DNA of 64,000 nucleotides from Moorena sp. SIOASIH (GTDB lineage Bacteria > Cyanobacteriota > Cyanobacteriia > Cyanobacteriales > Coleofasciculaceae): NCBI RefSeq assembly GCF_010671925.1, contig NZ_JAAHIH010000001.1, positions 677,053 to 741,052 of the forward strand, given 5' to 3'. The translations under genes were made by a program, and so were the position numbers. The first letter of the stretch is position 1; each line of letters starts with the position of its first letter. The notes below the pieces were generated by a model that was given only the letters and a program-made list of their open reading frames with translations, was not told the DNA's origin and made no database searches. Below are positions 19,893 through 30,991 of the stretch, piece by piece.

Positions 19893-20689
19893 GGTGGTAG
19901 ATCACGCTAAATTAACATTTTAGGGAAATGACCAATGTTTTGGGAAAGTCAGCGACCAATTCTCTTGCTGCCCTTAGCTTTGCGGGGCGAGTTGGGCATT
20001 GTTGAGCAGACCGAAATCTTTGGCATTACCTGACTTCTACTTGCCCCTTTTCCAGATAGCTTAAATGCACCCCGAGATCAGAACTTAAACCCTTCCCCTT
20101 TAAGTAGCCGTCGGTCGGTCAAACCTCTTGGCTGAGCACGCTGTGAGGTGTGGACTTGAGCAGGACTGACCTTAGGGTTAGGCTCTCCAAGTTACCTCCG
20201 TCTCACCTTTGGTGGGGTGCATGGGAGTGAATTAAACAAAGGAATTGGAATTTAACTCTGCCGCAGTGTGCATCATGGGGGATTCTCAGGGGATTCTAAA
20301 CGGTTGTTACGAGATGGGTGTGGAGCCATATCTGAACACGTTTTTCTCCCCTTCTATTCTCACAGCGCTTTTCCACTTTTCTGATAAAAGATCAATTTCA
20401 TCTGAGTATGTTGCTAAATTGGCAGATTTTTGGCAGCTTTTTACAAAGCTTGACATAGTGATAGCTAGCTTCAAATTTCATTTGTCCTTAGTCATTAGTC
20501 CTTTTCACATCACTGTGTTGCCAAATTGGCAAATTTTTACATAGTTTGATATAGTGATAGGTAGCTTCAAATTTTCTTAGTCATTAGTCCTTTGTGGCTA
20601 ACCACGGTCTGTTGGTATTTACAAATGACTAATGACTAAATAACTAATAACTAATAACTAATGACTAATCAGCACTTGTTAACGATCTA

Positions 20690-23600
20690 TTAAAGATCTA
20701 GCTGCTGCTGCGCTAGATGATAGTAAAGACCTTGACGATCCATGAGTTCCTCATGGTTGCCTTTCTCGACCAGAACACCTCGGTCTAGGACAAGGATGCA
20801 GTCAGCATTGCGCACTGTAGAGAGGCGGTGGGCGATGATGAAGGTAGTGCGATCGCGACTAATGCGAGCTAAGTTTTGTTGAAAGCGGCGCTCGGATTCT
20901 GTATCTAGAGAGCTAGTCGCTTCATCCAGAATCAGAATCTTGGGGTTGCCCAATAGGGCTCGGGCTATGGCAATCCTTTGTCGTTGTCCACCAGAAAGGG
21001 TAGAGCCTCGCTCTCCTACTTTTGTATTATATCCCAAAGTCATACCTTGAATAAAGGCATGGGCTTCTGCTAGTTTGGCTACCTCTACGGCTTGATCGAG
21101 GCTGAAATCTGGTCGGTAGAGAGTGATATTTTCGACAATTGTCCCCGAGAACAAGAAACATTCTTGGGGTACCACACCCATTTGAGAACGCAAGGATTGG
21201 GGGGAAATATGGCGGATATCGTGTCCATCTATCAAAATACGACCATTAGTCGGATGATAGAGACCTTGGAGTAGCTTCACCAAGGTACTCTTGCCCGAGC
21301 CACTGCGCCCCACTAGAGCAATGGTTTCTCCAGCCCTAATATCTAGGGAAATATTCTGTAGGATATTGCGATCCTCATCCTCCGAGTATCGGAAGGTAAC
21401 ATCTTCCAATATTACATCACCCTTAATCTCAGGTAGAACCAGCATCGGTTCTTGAGGATTCTCCTCTGGCTTAGCAGATAAGACATCATTCAGCCGTTCT
21501 ACAGACACCAAGATTTCTTGAAACTCATCCCAAAGATTCACTAGAGCCAAAATTGGACCAGTCACTCGGCCAATGAGCATATTAAACGCGACATACTGAC
21601 CGATAGTAAGCTGCTCACTAATTACTAAGCTAGCGCCAAACCAAAGTAAAGCGGTGCTGCTGAGAGTATTAATTAGAGAACTAATTGACCCCAACCCGTT
21701 CGCTAGGTTTCTACCTTTAAATTGTACATTCAACTGATTGGTGAGGCGATCTTCCCAGCGCCAGCGCACTTCTTGTTCTGAAGCCGCCGTTTTTACAGTA
21801 GCAACCCCTGACATCATTTCCACTAACATAGAATTTTGTTGAGCTGCTTCTTTAAAAATTTCCCTGGACACCTGGCGTAGAAAGGGACTGGCAATCACAG
21901 TCAAGATGGCGATGGGTAAAATCGTTGCCAGCACCAGCAAGGTTAAGCGCCAATTGTAGTAGAGCATCAGTCCAATATAGACAAACACCATCACCACATC
22001 TAGCCAAGTAGCAATAGCTTGCTGAGTTATAAAACCCTGAATTTTTCCAGTTTCCTGAATTCGGGTCAGGATATCCCCCACCTGGCGGGATTCAAAAAAC
22101 TTCAGGGGTAAGGTCAGGGTATGGTTTATGAACCCACTGATGAAGGTGAGACTAAGCCGATTAGAAAAATAGTCGAGCAAGTAGCGTCTGGTTAGACTAA
22201 CCCCAATTGTCCAAAGGCCAAAGATGATTAGACCAATGGAGAAGACATTGAGAGTGACAAGGCTTCTGTTGATAATCACCCGGTCAAGAATGATCTGGGT
22301 AAATAGGGGAGTAATCAGACCAAAAACCTGAAGGATGAGGGTAGCCAGGATAATTTGCAGCAGAACTGAGCGATGGGGCCATAGCAACCCCCAAAACGGC
22401 CCTAGAGAACGTTTGTCGCTGGGAATCACTGCTAGTTGGGGAGTTGGATCCAAGAGCATGGCATACCCAGTCCAACCTTGGAGAAAGTCTTTGCGAGGAA
22501 GCGATCGCTTCCCCACTGCTGGATCAGCAACGAGTACCTTATTACCCTTTACCTGGTAGACAACAATATAGTGATCTCCTTGCCAGTGAGCAATCCAAGG
22601 ATTACTCCGATCCGCTAAGCGACCTAAAGAAGCCCTGACTGGACTAGCTTGAAACCCTAAACTTTCCGCTGCTTTAGCTAAACCTTTGAGGGATGAACCA
22701 GAACGACCCACTCCCGCCAGTTCCCGCAGGGAGTTGAGAGCAAACCTTTTGCCCCAATACTGCCCAATCATGGCTAAGCAGGCAGCACCACAATCGGAGG
22801 AAGATTGCTGCTCAATAAAAGGATAGCGCTGCCAAAACCTTAGGAATCTCCAACCTTGCTTTGCTGGTTTGGGAAAATCAAAGCTTTCTGACTGACTCGG
22901 TTCTTTTGGCGTTTGTTGCTTAGGAGGTTCTAAAACTCGCCGAGTCGGTCGTGCTCTAGTCTGGTTTGGATGTGGTGACGGAGTATGGGTCTTGTTAACT
23001 AGGCGTTGATGGGATGGAGATTTACCGTCACCATTTTTAGCAGTTTGCCTGTTCTCCTGATCCGGTGACTCGGTGGAGTTATCCAAAACTGGTGCGATCG
23101 CGCAAGCCGCTTGCCAATGCTCTTGAGGCAGCTGGTAAAGCAATACATCAGTTTGGGCAATCCAATTTGTTGGTACTGACATCGGATATCCCCAACTTTC
23201 TCCGATGCTAGGAAATGGGGCAGAGGAATTTTCCTCTGTTCCTTCTGGCGTTCCCATTTGACCACTACGTAGCCAGCAATGCCCAGCTTGGGAACAGGAC
23301 ACCAGAGACTCCCCAGCCTCAATTCGTGTTTCTACGATGTAGGGCAACAGTTGATTTAGGGTAACACCGTTAAGCGTACGCAATTTGGTCAAAGTCTTGA
23401 AGAAAATTAGGCATTGCCGGTGCTGGGCTTGTTTCCCCAGGATTTCCGACCACTTTGGCAACCGTTCCAACCAAGGCAAGAGTTGATTTAGCGAAATACG
23501 AGCAACTTGTCCTGAACTCGCTGCGATCGCTCTGTAAGGATAGGATAGACTACCTAAGAGATCATAGGCACCAAAGGTTTCCCCTTCTTCGAGTACCTGT

Positions 23601-23917
23601 ATGGAAACCTCCCGCTGTTTTTCAGCATCAAAGCCTAGTAGTCGTATCCGCCCCTGACAAACTAGGTAAAGATATTGGTGGTCTTGTTCAATCTGAACAG
23701 AATCTTGGGATAGCTCTGGTCTAGTATAGGCAAGGATTTTATCCCCTAACTGGAATTGCTCAAGGTCAAATGATTGACTAAATTCATAGTTGAGCTTTGG
23801 ATCGACTGAGTCTAGGGTCAAGCTTTGAAGCACCACTGATAAATTGCTAGCAGGGTCTGGGTTGATAGAAGACGGTGGTTTCCCAGGCTCTGCCGAATCC
23901 CTGATTATATTCTTCAT
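20690..23917 (-). CDS. Peptidase-containing ABC transporter (cNMP-binding-like + C39 + ABC), HetC-like, paralog 2
   Basis: 1075 aa. QQSSSDCGAACLAMIGQYWGKRF, GRSGSGKST, LSGGQRQRIAIARAL, ILILDEATSSLD. Its linker region between the N-terminal domain and C39 differs from paralog 1. Confidence 0.9.
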   Translation of the reverse strand: MKNIIRDSAEPGKPPSSINPDPASNLSVVLQSLTLDSVDPKLNYEFSQSFDLEQFQLGDKILAYTRPELSQDSVQIEQDHQYLYLVCQGRIRLLGFDAEKQREVSIQVLEEGETFGAYDLLGSLSYPYRAIAASSGQVARISLNQLLPWLERLPKWSEILGKQAQHRQCLIFFKTLTKLRTLNGVTLNQLLPYIVETRIEAGESLVSCSQAGHCWLRSGQMGTPEGTEENSSAPFPSIGESWGYPMSVPTNWIAQTDVLLYQLPQEHWQAACAIAPVLDNSTESPDQENRQTAKNGDGKSPSHQRLVNKTHTPSPHPNQTRARPTRRVLEPPKQQTPKEPSQSESFDFPKPAKQGWRFLRFWQRYPFIEQQSSSDCGAACLAMIGQYWGKRFALNSLRELAGVGRSGSSLKGLAKAAESLGFQASPVRASLGRLADRSNPWIAHWQGDHYIVVYQVKGNKVLVADPAVGKRSLPRKDFLQGWTGYAMLLDPTPQLAVIPSDKRSLGPFWGLLWPHRSVLLQIILATLILQVFGLITPLFTQIILDRVIINRSLVTLNVFSIGLIIFGLWTIGVSLTRRYLLDYFSNRLSLTFISGFINHTLTLPLKFFESRQVGDILTRIQETGKIQGFITQQAIATWLDVVMVFVYIGLMLYYNWRLTLLVLATILPIAILTVIASPFLRQVSREIFKEAAQQNSMLVEMMSGVATVKTAASEQEVRWRWEDRLTNQLNVQFKGRNLANGLGSISSLINTLSSTALLWFGASLVISEQLTIGQYVAFNMLIGRVTGPILALVNLWDEFQEILVSVERLNDVLSAKPEENPQEPMLVLPEIKGDVILEDVTFRYSEDEDRNILQNISLDIRAGETIALVGRSGSGKSTLVKLLQGLYHPTNGRILIDGHDIRHISPQSLRSQMGVVPQECFLFSGTIVENITLYRPDFSLDQAVEVAKLAEAHAFIQGMTLGYNTKVGERGSTLSGGQRQRIAIARALLGNPKILILDEATSSLDTESERRFQQNLARISRDRTTFIIAHRLSTVRNADCILVLDRGVLVEKGNHEELMDRQGLYYHLAQQQLDL

Positions 23918-24351
23918 ATGTTAAACATTGAAAATTGATTTTTAACAATTAACCATTTACAATTAACCATTTACAATTAACTACATTTAGTTATCTAATA
24001 GCCTAGTTTTTGTCAAGTCACTAACCGACTCTTTACCAATAATTCACAAAAACTTCACCAAAACTTTAAGTAAACTTCATTGAAACTTTAAATTCCCCCT
24101 ATAGCATCTGGTGTAAAGTAAACCCATAAGGGTTGGGGATAGGGAGATAGGAGGTCAAGTCTGAGCCAGCTCATTAAGCCAATAGATGTCAGCTGGATGT
24201 AAGCAGATAGCGCGGTTGATGCGAGTGGAGTTCAACAGATTAAACGGGAAGACGTTGAAAACTAGGCTCTGCATCAATAATCCATCAAACTGACCAAGGC
24301 AGGCGGTTAAGTTCAGACTTGATCAATCTCCCAAATTTCCCGCTTAGCTGA

Positions 24352-24666
24352 CTAGACCTTACTAACAACCTTTGATTGTGATACAGGGGTTTTGCCAACT
24401 GGATGCTTACCAGCTTGACTATTTTCTTTGATTAACCGATTGTAGGTTCGGTAAGGGATGTAATGGAGGGGGTTGTAGCCAGAAAAACGCAGAACTAACA
24501 CACAAGCCCAAGAATACTTGCCTGCGATGATAGCTTCTACGACCTGGTTAAGCTGCTCATTAGTCATGACTTGTTCAGAGCTCGTAGAGGTTGACGTTGG
24601 TTGAGATGTTCTACTAGTTGATGGTCTACTAGTTATTGAAAGCAATTTTTTTGCCATGGTAGTCAC
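24352..24666 (-). CDS. HetP-like protein, second copy
   Basis: 104 aa. [35 protein letters not shown] core after a Ser/Thr-rich N-terminal tail. Confidence 0.5.
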   Translation of the reverse strand: MTTMAKKLLSITSRPSTSRTSQPTSTSTSSEQVMTNEQLNQVVEAIIAGKYSWACVLVLRFSGYNPLHYIPYRTYNRLIKENSQAGKHPVGKTPVSQSKVVSKV

Positions 24667-24935
24667 CCAGAATTAACGACATCTTGTAATGGTCTATACC
24701 CAACTGGCAAAGGGAAGTTGCCAGTTCACCGGGGTAATAATTAAGCCTTGGAACCGGTTTTGGATTATTGCAATTTATCCACATAGCTGACTATGGGCTT
24801 TTAGCTCATAGCGCTTTGTCTAAACTCTGTATAAACACGCTTTGTATAAACGCGCTTTGCGCGTACAAACTAGCGTGGGGGACAATAACAAACTCTCAAC
24901 CCAAGGATTAATCGGTGGCATCTGTTGAGGCTGAC

Positions 24936-25490
24936 TCACTCAACAGATGCCACCATGATCATTGGCCACAATGGATTTAACAACTGCTGGACTAGAACCG
25001 ACTTTAGTTTGAGATCGATTACCAATCTAAATACTTGCCAGTGGGGTTGAGTTTTCCCAATCAGCCCCATAGGAGTCCCTTGCACTGCGGGCAGCTGATT
25101 AATTGCAGTTATGTCAAAGAAGACTTTCAAGAGATTGAACATCCCTTGCAGTAAGCTGATTTGCCCCTTTTCTGCTCCCACCGAGACTGATACGTTTGAC
25201 GATAGCACATCATTCCGGAAATAGCTGCTATCCTGTTCAATGCCTTCAGTGCCAACACCAGTGTCGGAGGTGTCAGATTTAAGAACCCTCAGCAATCGGT
25301 TCGAGATAGTTAACCCACAGCACTGCCAGGGATGGCTAGGGTCCTCAGTGGGATTTAAACCTACTGCTTTCAGGTTCAATTTGCTAAGCACCCCTGAAAA
25401 GCTCTTAGTAACAAGCTGGATTAGAGAATGCGGCGATGGCTTCCGCTTTCCTAATGGTATGTTCATGAGTCTGTTGGATGATTTTTTCAA
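24936..25490 (-). CDS. Hypothetical protein (uncertain; may be a spurious ORF in a degenerate region)
   Basis: 184-aa ORF with no recognisable motifs. An overlapping plus-strand ORF exists. No clear Shine-Dalgarno. Confidence 0.2.
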   Translation of the reverse strand: MKKSSNRLMNIPLGKRKPSPHSLIQLVTKSFSGVLSKLNLKAVGLNPTEDPSHPWQCCGLTISNRLLRVLKSDTSDTGVGTEGIEQDSSYFRNDVLSSNVSVSVGAEKGQISLLQGMFNLLKVFFDITAINQLPAVQGTPMGLIGKTQPHWQVFRLVIDLKLKSVLVQQLLNPLWPMIMVASVE

Positions 25491-26608
25491 AGTTGATGCT
25501 GTTGTGACACCTAATGTGACACCTAATTTTTCACAATACCAGAGGCTTGCCTACATAGACTAAGCGCAGATGTAGTGAAAGATTGATCCTATTTCAGGCA
25601 CCCGCAACAACAAATACAAACCCTCTTTAAATTCCTCTGTCTTTAGACAGAAAGCTTTTATGTTGTCTGGAGTAAATCCCCAAACACCTAGACACCGAAA
25701 CAAATGAGCACCTGAATTTACAAATATTCTAGAGTTTTTATCTAGAGTTTCTGTGTGGCTAAATGCTGAGCTGAGCGCTTTGAGTATATCTACTCAGCCT
25801 TAGCTCCATAAAGTCTAGCCTGAAGTAGTTACAAGTTCTATTAAAAAAGCTGGCCGAGTGAGCTGAAACAATAAAATCACTACCTTGAGCATAGTTACCC
25901 TCTTTGATTCTTTCAAAAAAGACAAATCCAAAATTGGATTGGTTTGGCTGTAAGGTTGATGAAGTTATATTTCACGCCGATGATCTTGAACGTGAAACTT
26001 TGTTCATCTACAAAAGGAAATCTAGTAAATTCAAGGGGTAATTGTCAAGCGAAAACTCACATTTCTTTTCTACATTCACATTTTTTTCATATTTTTTTCA
26101 CAAAATTACCAAATTTACGCAAATTTCACACAATCTTCACGTAATCTTGAGTAAGCTGACATGGAAATCTAGGACCTATATGTCACCCTCCTCAACCTAA
26201 AGGGAACTTTAATGAAATCTTTACTATATGTTTACTAAATCTTGCTCCACCCCCAATGTAAATTTTTGTGACAAATATCATGGTCAATCTGCCCCCTCTG
26301 TCCCCTCTTCGGGTCTATTCTCCCTCTAGGGTTACTGAACTAAGGAACTCCGTCAAGTTTAGTCGGGTCAGTGACCAATTCCTAATTCCCAATTCCCAAT
26401 TACCAATTCCCCTCAATCATTGCATGAATCAGCAACGGCCTCCCTCTTGCCGATCGTCTTGGCTTTATGACGTCATAGAGATTGTGATAGTTGAACAAGG
26501 GGGGTGGCATCAGGGAAAGGCAACCACAACATTGACTCATCTGTTAGGTTAATACCCCGTCGAAGTGTTAAAATCAACCATCATCTGTCTTTTTACTAAC
26601 CTATTCCT

Positions 26609-27076
26609 ATGAGGCGGTTAAGACAACTCTTCCAAAAACTTAGAAATGCAGGCAAAGATGAGAATTTTTTATACGGGCTAAATCTGTTCGAGGGTTTTGT
26701 TTCCAAAGTTCTCTCTTTGGTGATGGTGGTGGTAATATTGGTGGCACTTAGTAGCCTAGTTATTTCACTAGTTAAAGAAATAACCAATCCAGAAGCAATA
26801 GTTTTGAGCAAAACACTTTTCAAAATATTTGGACTGTTTCTAAATATTCTCATTGCACTAGAAATTTTAGAGAATATAACCGCTTATCTGCGAAAACATG
26901 TTATTCAACTTGAGTTAGTTGTTGTTACGTCTTTAATTGCAGTTGCCCGTAAAATCATTATTCTTGACCTTAAAACAACTTCTGGAAGCCAGGTAATTGG
27001 ATTAGCAATTGCCATTATATCTCTATCAATTAGTTACTGGATTATACGGAGTACTAGCATAAGAAAACATTATTAA
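26609..27076 (+). CDS. PsiE-like small inner-membrane protein (phosphate-starvation-inducible E family), tentative
   Basis: 155 aa with 4 predicted TM segments. VVVTSLIAVARKIIILD resembles the PsiE signature region. Its stop overlaps the next start (TAATG). Confidence 0.45.
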   Translation: MRRLRQLFQKLRNAGKDENFLYGLNLFEGFVSKVLSLVMVVVILVALSSLVISLVKEITNPEAIVLSKTLFKIFGLFLNILIALEILENITAYLRKHVIQLELVVVTSLIAVARKIIILDLKTTSGSQVIGLAIAIISLSISYWIIRSTSIRKHY

Positions 27077-27561
27077 TGAATAAGTTTGAGAAGATTATGA
27101 CTAATTTTTTCCAATTTGAAGCCGATTTTGTGGATTCCTTACGCTGTATTCCTATGCAAGTCCGGATGAAATTAGACACTTGCGGCATCAAACTTAAACT
27201 GAGCCACTGGCATCAGTTTAATCAACAGGAGCGTCAGCAACTGGTAGAGATACCCTGCACTACGACCGAGTCAATCCAAAAGTATGGAGACTATGTTCAA
27301 CACCTAGTTATAAACTATACAGGAAAACCGGCTTCTAATTTACCTGTTGATCCCCAAGCTCCCTGGATGAATTCTCAGCTCATTCCAGCTACCGTGGCGG
27401 AAAAAGCTATGGAATTTGGAGTCGTAGTAACTACTCAACAGTGGGCAGCACTAACTCCTATCCAACGTTTTGCCCTGATTAAACTGACGCGCCCTAGTCA
27501 TGAAAACAAAAACTTTTTACCAGCACTCAAGGAATTCCAATTAGTTGTTGTTGACAGTTAA
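27076..27561 (+). CDS. Hypothetical conserved cyanobacterial protein (possibly the nitrate-reductase-associated family; unverified)
   Basis: 161 aa. Translationally coupled to the upstream gene. Assignment is from weak recollection only. Confidence 0.35.
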   Translation: MNKFEKIMTNFFQFEADFVDSLRCIPMQVRMKLDTCGIKLKLSHWHQFNQQERQQLVEIPCTTTESIQKYGDYVQHLVINYTGKPASNLPVDPQAPWMNSQLIPATVAEKAMEFGVVVTTQQWAALTPIQRFALIKLTRPSHENKNFLPALKEFQLVVVDS

Positions 27562-27644
27562 CCTACCCGATAAGGGAAGCATCAGGGGAACACCCTTTAA
27601 AAAACTCAGAGCAAGTCAAATATGCCGATTAAATCTCGATTACC

Positions 27645-29084
27645 TTAACTGCTAGAAGTACCTAGCTGATCTACCACGACCTGATCCCGACAAGACTGGT
27701 TTTGGGCTTTCTGTATTATCTCTCGCATTTGATCAACATTATCTAAGGCTGAATTAAGCTGGCTTTGACGTAATTCTGAGGATAGGTTAGATTGGTTAAG
27801 TAGGTTCTCTAGAATAGCTTGAATAGTGTTGAGCAGGATACACAGTTGATAATCTTGACTGGTACCCAAGTTACTTTTGGGATATTTGAAAGCCTCACAC
27901 TGTTGGGAATGATTTAATCCTTGAGCCTCTATCGGTTGTGACAAAATCACTGTTAGTTCTCTGTTTTCGTCTCTGTTTTGGTCTCTGTTGGGTGGCTCTG
28001 ATTTATGATTAAACATATCTCCTGATAAAGCGATCGCATTTTCTGGCACCTCCCCAGACTGCTCACCAGGGGTAATGGCTTTGTGGGATTTGTTAACGGA
28101 TTCTTTGGCTGGGTCTAATTGCTCAACGGTTTGCTGCAATGTCTCCACAATGCCATACATTTCCATTGGGTCAAACACTCGCAGCAGGGTGGTTTGGGTG
28201 ACAATACCGATTCCTTGACCCCAATTCCAAGACACCACCAATCGCCGCACACGACGCTTTTGCATTTCCTGATGAGCTGTCCATAGAGAATCTTCAGGAC
28301 TCAGCAGAAATAGAGGTGTACTCATGACATCCTGAGCCTGGACTTTAGACAAATTCAGCTTGAGAGACTGAAATTGGACAATATCCCGCTCTGTGACAAT
28401 CCCCACTGGCATACAGCTATCCTCTCCATGGTCGGAGGTAATGACCACACAACTAACTCGGTGCTTATTCATGAGTCGGGCTAAACTCAATACTGAGACA
28501 GTTGGAAGGGCATTAACCACCTGAGGGGTCATCACTTCTGATACCCGCCGTAACTTCAGCAGATTGGCTGGTCGCAATACCTGGCGAATTCGCTCTGGTG
28601 AAACAACACCCACGAGCTGACCGTGATCATCCACAATTGGTAAGTGGCGAATCCGATACCGACGAAATAGGAATAAGGCGGCAAAGATATCCCGACAAGC
28701 AGTTTGAGGAAACGTAATCACAGGCTGTGCCATGAATTCAGCTACTGTTACCTCTTCAAAGTTAATTCCATTAGCTGTTAGCCGGACAATATCCCGCTCA
28801 GTAAAGATTCCCAGCAACTGGTCTGAGTGCATTACCAAAACGCAGCTAGACCGTGGCTCACGAATGCTGAGCTGGTCTGATGGTGAGTATAAATTGGGCA
28901 ATGAACAACTTTTGCCTCCCTCCTTACTCATCAAAGCAATTATGTCTATTAGGAGAGTATCAGGAGCAACGATCAAAGGCTGATGGTCAATTGCTTCTTC
29001 TAGGGCTGGGGCGCAGATAAGTCGATCGTTGAGTTGCATAATTAATTTGATGGGTGAAATTCCGTGACCTACAACCGCCGCCAA
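27645..29084 (-). CDS. CBS-domain protein (four CBS motifs) with a C-terminal coiled/low-complexity tail
   Basis: 479 aa. Repeated CBS pair patterns (hxxDxxLxGIhTxxDI). Confidence 0.7.
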   Translation of the reverse strand: MAAVVGHGISPIKLIMQLNDRLICAPALEEAIDHQPLIVAPDTLLIDIIALMSKEGGKSCSLPNLYSPSDQLSIREPRSSCVLVMHSDQLLGIFTERDIVRLTANGINFEEVTVAEFMAQPVITFPQTACRDIFAALFLFRRYRIRHLPIVDDHGQLVGVVSPERIRQVLRPANLLKLRRVSEVMTPQVVNALPTVSVLSLARLMNKHRVSCVVITSDHGEDSCMPVGIVTERDIVQFQSLKLNLSKVQAQDVMSTPLFLLSPEDSLWTAHQEMQKRRVRRLVVSWNWGQGIGIVTQTTLLRVFDPMEMYGIVETLQQTVEQLDPAKESVNKSHKAITPGEQSGEVPENAIALSGDMFNHKSEPPNRDQNRDENRELTVILSQPIEAQGLNHSQQCEAFKYPKSNLGTSQDYQLCILLNTIQAILENLLNQSNLSSELRQSQLNSALDNVDQMREIIQKAQNQSCRDQVVVDQLGTSSS

Positions 29085-29089
29085 CCGCT

Positions 29090-30665
29090 ACAAACTATGG
29101 CGCTGGTGTATTTACTCAGACTGCTCAGTCAAGGATTTTTAGTCTGTCTGCGAATGGGATTGGCTTCATTCTTGCCAGCAGTTGCGCGATGAAGCGTTCG
29201 CGTAGCGTGGCCTACGGCCTCAGCTTCCGCGCTTGTGCGAACGCATATCCTTGACATCCTCCCGCCACTAAGCTACCGCGCTTTGTGGGGGATTCCCAAA
29301 CCTCACGATTTAGGTTTCTGTTTCCTTCCCGTTTCGGCAAAGCCGACACTACGCGAACGGGATTTTCGCAACTGCCCTTCAACCTTATGGTTGTCAGGTC
29401 TTATGTTCGCTCCACAGACTGACACGGCAAGTCCTGCCGCCAAAATATTCTGACTCGCGTTGATATCACGGTCATGGATAATCCCACATTCAGGACACTT
29501 CCACTCCCTAATATCCAACGGCATTTTATCAACGATATGCCCACAGTTCCCACATCTTTTAGAACTAGGAAACCATCGGTCAATCTTAATTAAGTCTCGA
29601 CCATACCACTGGCATTTGTAATCCAGTTGTCTAGTTAATTCCCCCCAACTAGCGTCGCTAATAGCAAGGGCAAGTTTATGGTTCTTAACCATGTTTTTTA
29701 TAGCTAAATCCTCAACGACAATCGTTTGGTTTTCGCGTACCAGTTGAGTAGTCAGCTTATGCAAAAAGTCTTTACGGGTATCAGTTATGTGTCCATGTAC
29801 TTTAGCTACTTTTAGTCTAGCTTTTTGTCGGTTTTTAGAACCTTTCTTCTTGCGAGACAGGACTTTTTGAACACGTCTTAATTTCTTGTGTAACCCCTTA
29901 AAGTGCTTGGGATTAGTAATCTTTTCTCCGTCACTAGTAGCGATCAAGCTATTTATTCCCACATCCAAACCGATAGACTTATCAGTTTTTGGCAAAGGCT
30001 TAATAGTATGGTCATCTACCAGAATAGATACATACCAACGTCCTCTAGCATCCAACTTGACAGTAATAGTAGAAGGAGTGCAATTTTCAGGTATTTGTCT
30101 ACTCCATCGGATTGGCAAGTGCTCAGAGCATTTAGCTAAAAATACTTGCCCATTCTTCCAACGGAAAGCCGACTTAGTAAATTCAGCACTACCGCCATTA
30201 TGTTTCTTTTTGAAATTGGGATATTTAGCACGTCCTGCCCAGAAATTCGCAAATGCTTTTTTAAGGTTCCTCAAGCCTTGTTGAAGCGGTACACAGCTAA
30301 CCTCATTAAGGAAACTAAGCTCTTCTTGCTTTTTCCAACTTGTTAGCATTGAGGATGTTTGTGCATACCCAACTCGTTCTTGATTCTCATACCAAGCTTG
30401 AGTCCTAGCAGCTAAAGCCATGTTGTAAACCAACCGAGTACAACCCAGTGTCCGTCGCAAGAGAGTTTCTTGCTCGGTCGTTGGGTAAAAGCGATAGCGA
30501 TAGGCACGTTGAATCATACTCACATTATACACCACTTATTGTGAAGTCATACAAAGCGAGCAGGGCGGCGAATCCTGCTCACCGTTAAGCTTCGCGCTTA
30601 ACGGGAGTCTCCACGCCGAAGATAGATGAACTGCTTAATCATAAAGACAAAACCCATCAAGATAC
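29090..30665 (-). mobile_element. IS200/IS605-family element carrying only tnpB (IS1341-like); boundaries approximate
   Basis: tnpB ORF plus subterminal hairpins in the left end (gagcagggcggcgaatcctgctc; gttaagcttcgcgcttaac) at 30560-30620, and a structured right end 3' of tnpB at 29100-29300. Confidence 0.6.
29303..30535 (-). CDS. tnpB: TnpB (OrfB) RuvC-like RNA-guided endonuclease/transposase accessory protein
   Basis: 410 aa. The N-terminal MIQRAYRYRFYPT suggests the true start is at about 30517. RuvC motifs (IGLDVGI..., DRD) and zinc finger CGNCG...CPECG are present. Confidence 0.9.
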   Translation of the reverse strand: MVYNVSMIQRAYRYRFYPTTEQETLLRRTLGCTRLVYNMALAARTQAWYENQERVGYAQTSSMLTSWKKQEELSFLNEVSCVPLQQGLRNLKKAFANFWAGRAKYPNFKKKHNGGSAEFTKSAFRWKNGQVFLAKCSEHLPIRWSRQIPENCTPSTITVKLDARGRWYVSILVDDHTIKPLPKTDKSIGLDVGINSLIATSDGEKITNPKHFKGLHKKLRRVQKVLSRKKKGSKNRQKARLKVAKVHGHITDTRKDFLHKLTTQLVRENQTIVVEDLAIKNMVKNHKLALAISDASWGELTRQLDYKCQWYGRDLIKIDRWFPSSKRCGNCGHIVDKMPLDIREWKCPECGIIHDRDINASQNILAAGLAVSVCGANIRPDNHKVEGQLRKSRSRSVGFAETGRKQKPKS

Positions 30666-30991
30666 TGGTAACCCTGGGTTTTGTAGAGGGATGTTACGGA
30701 CAAATCCCGCAAATCCAGAAATAATATGCACATAACTTCTATAAAGGTATATAATAAATAGATGTTACAGCAAAATCATCTTTAACCCTTATATGACATA
30801 GCTTTTGGCTTTCAGAGGTTGCCAGGGAGACTGGGACTTTCGCCATATGGGCTTAGGGGCAAATAATTAGGCATTGCTGACCTAGCTTGGCAATTGTCCG
30901 ATGGGATTGTCCTATGGAATTGTCCGATCAGCTTCCCTGGCTTATCTAACTTTCTGTTTAAGGTGTTCTAACTACTTTACCAGCTCGGAGT

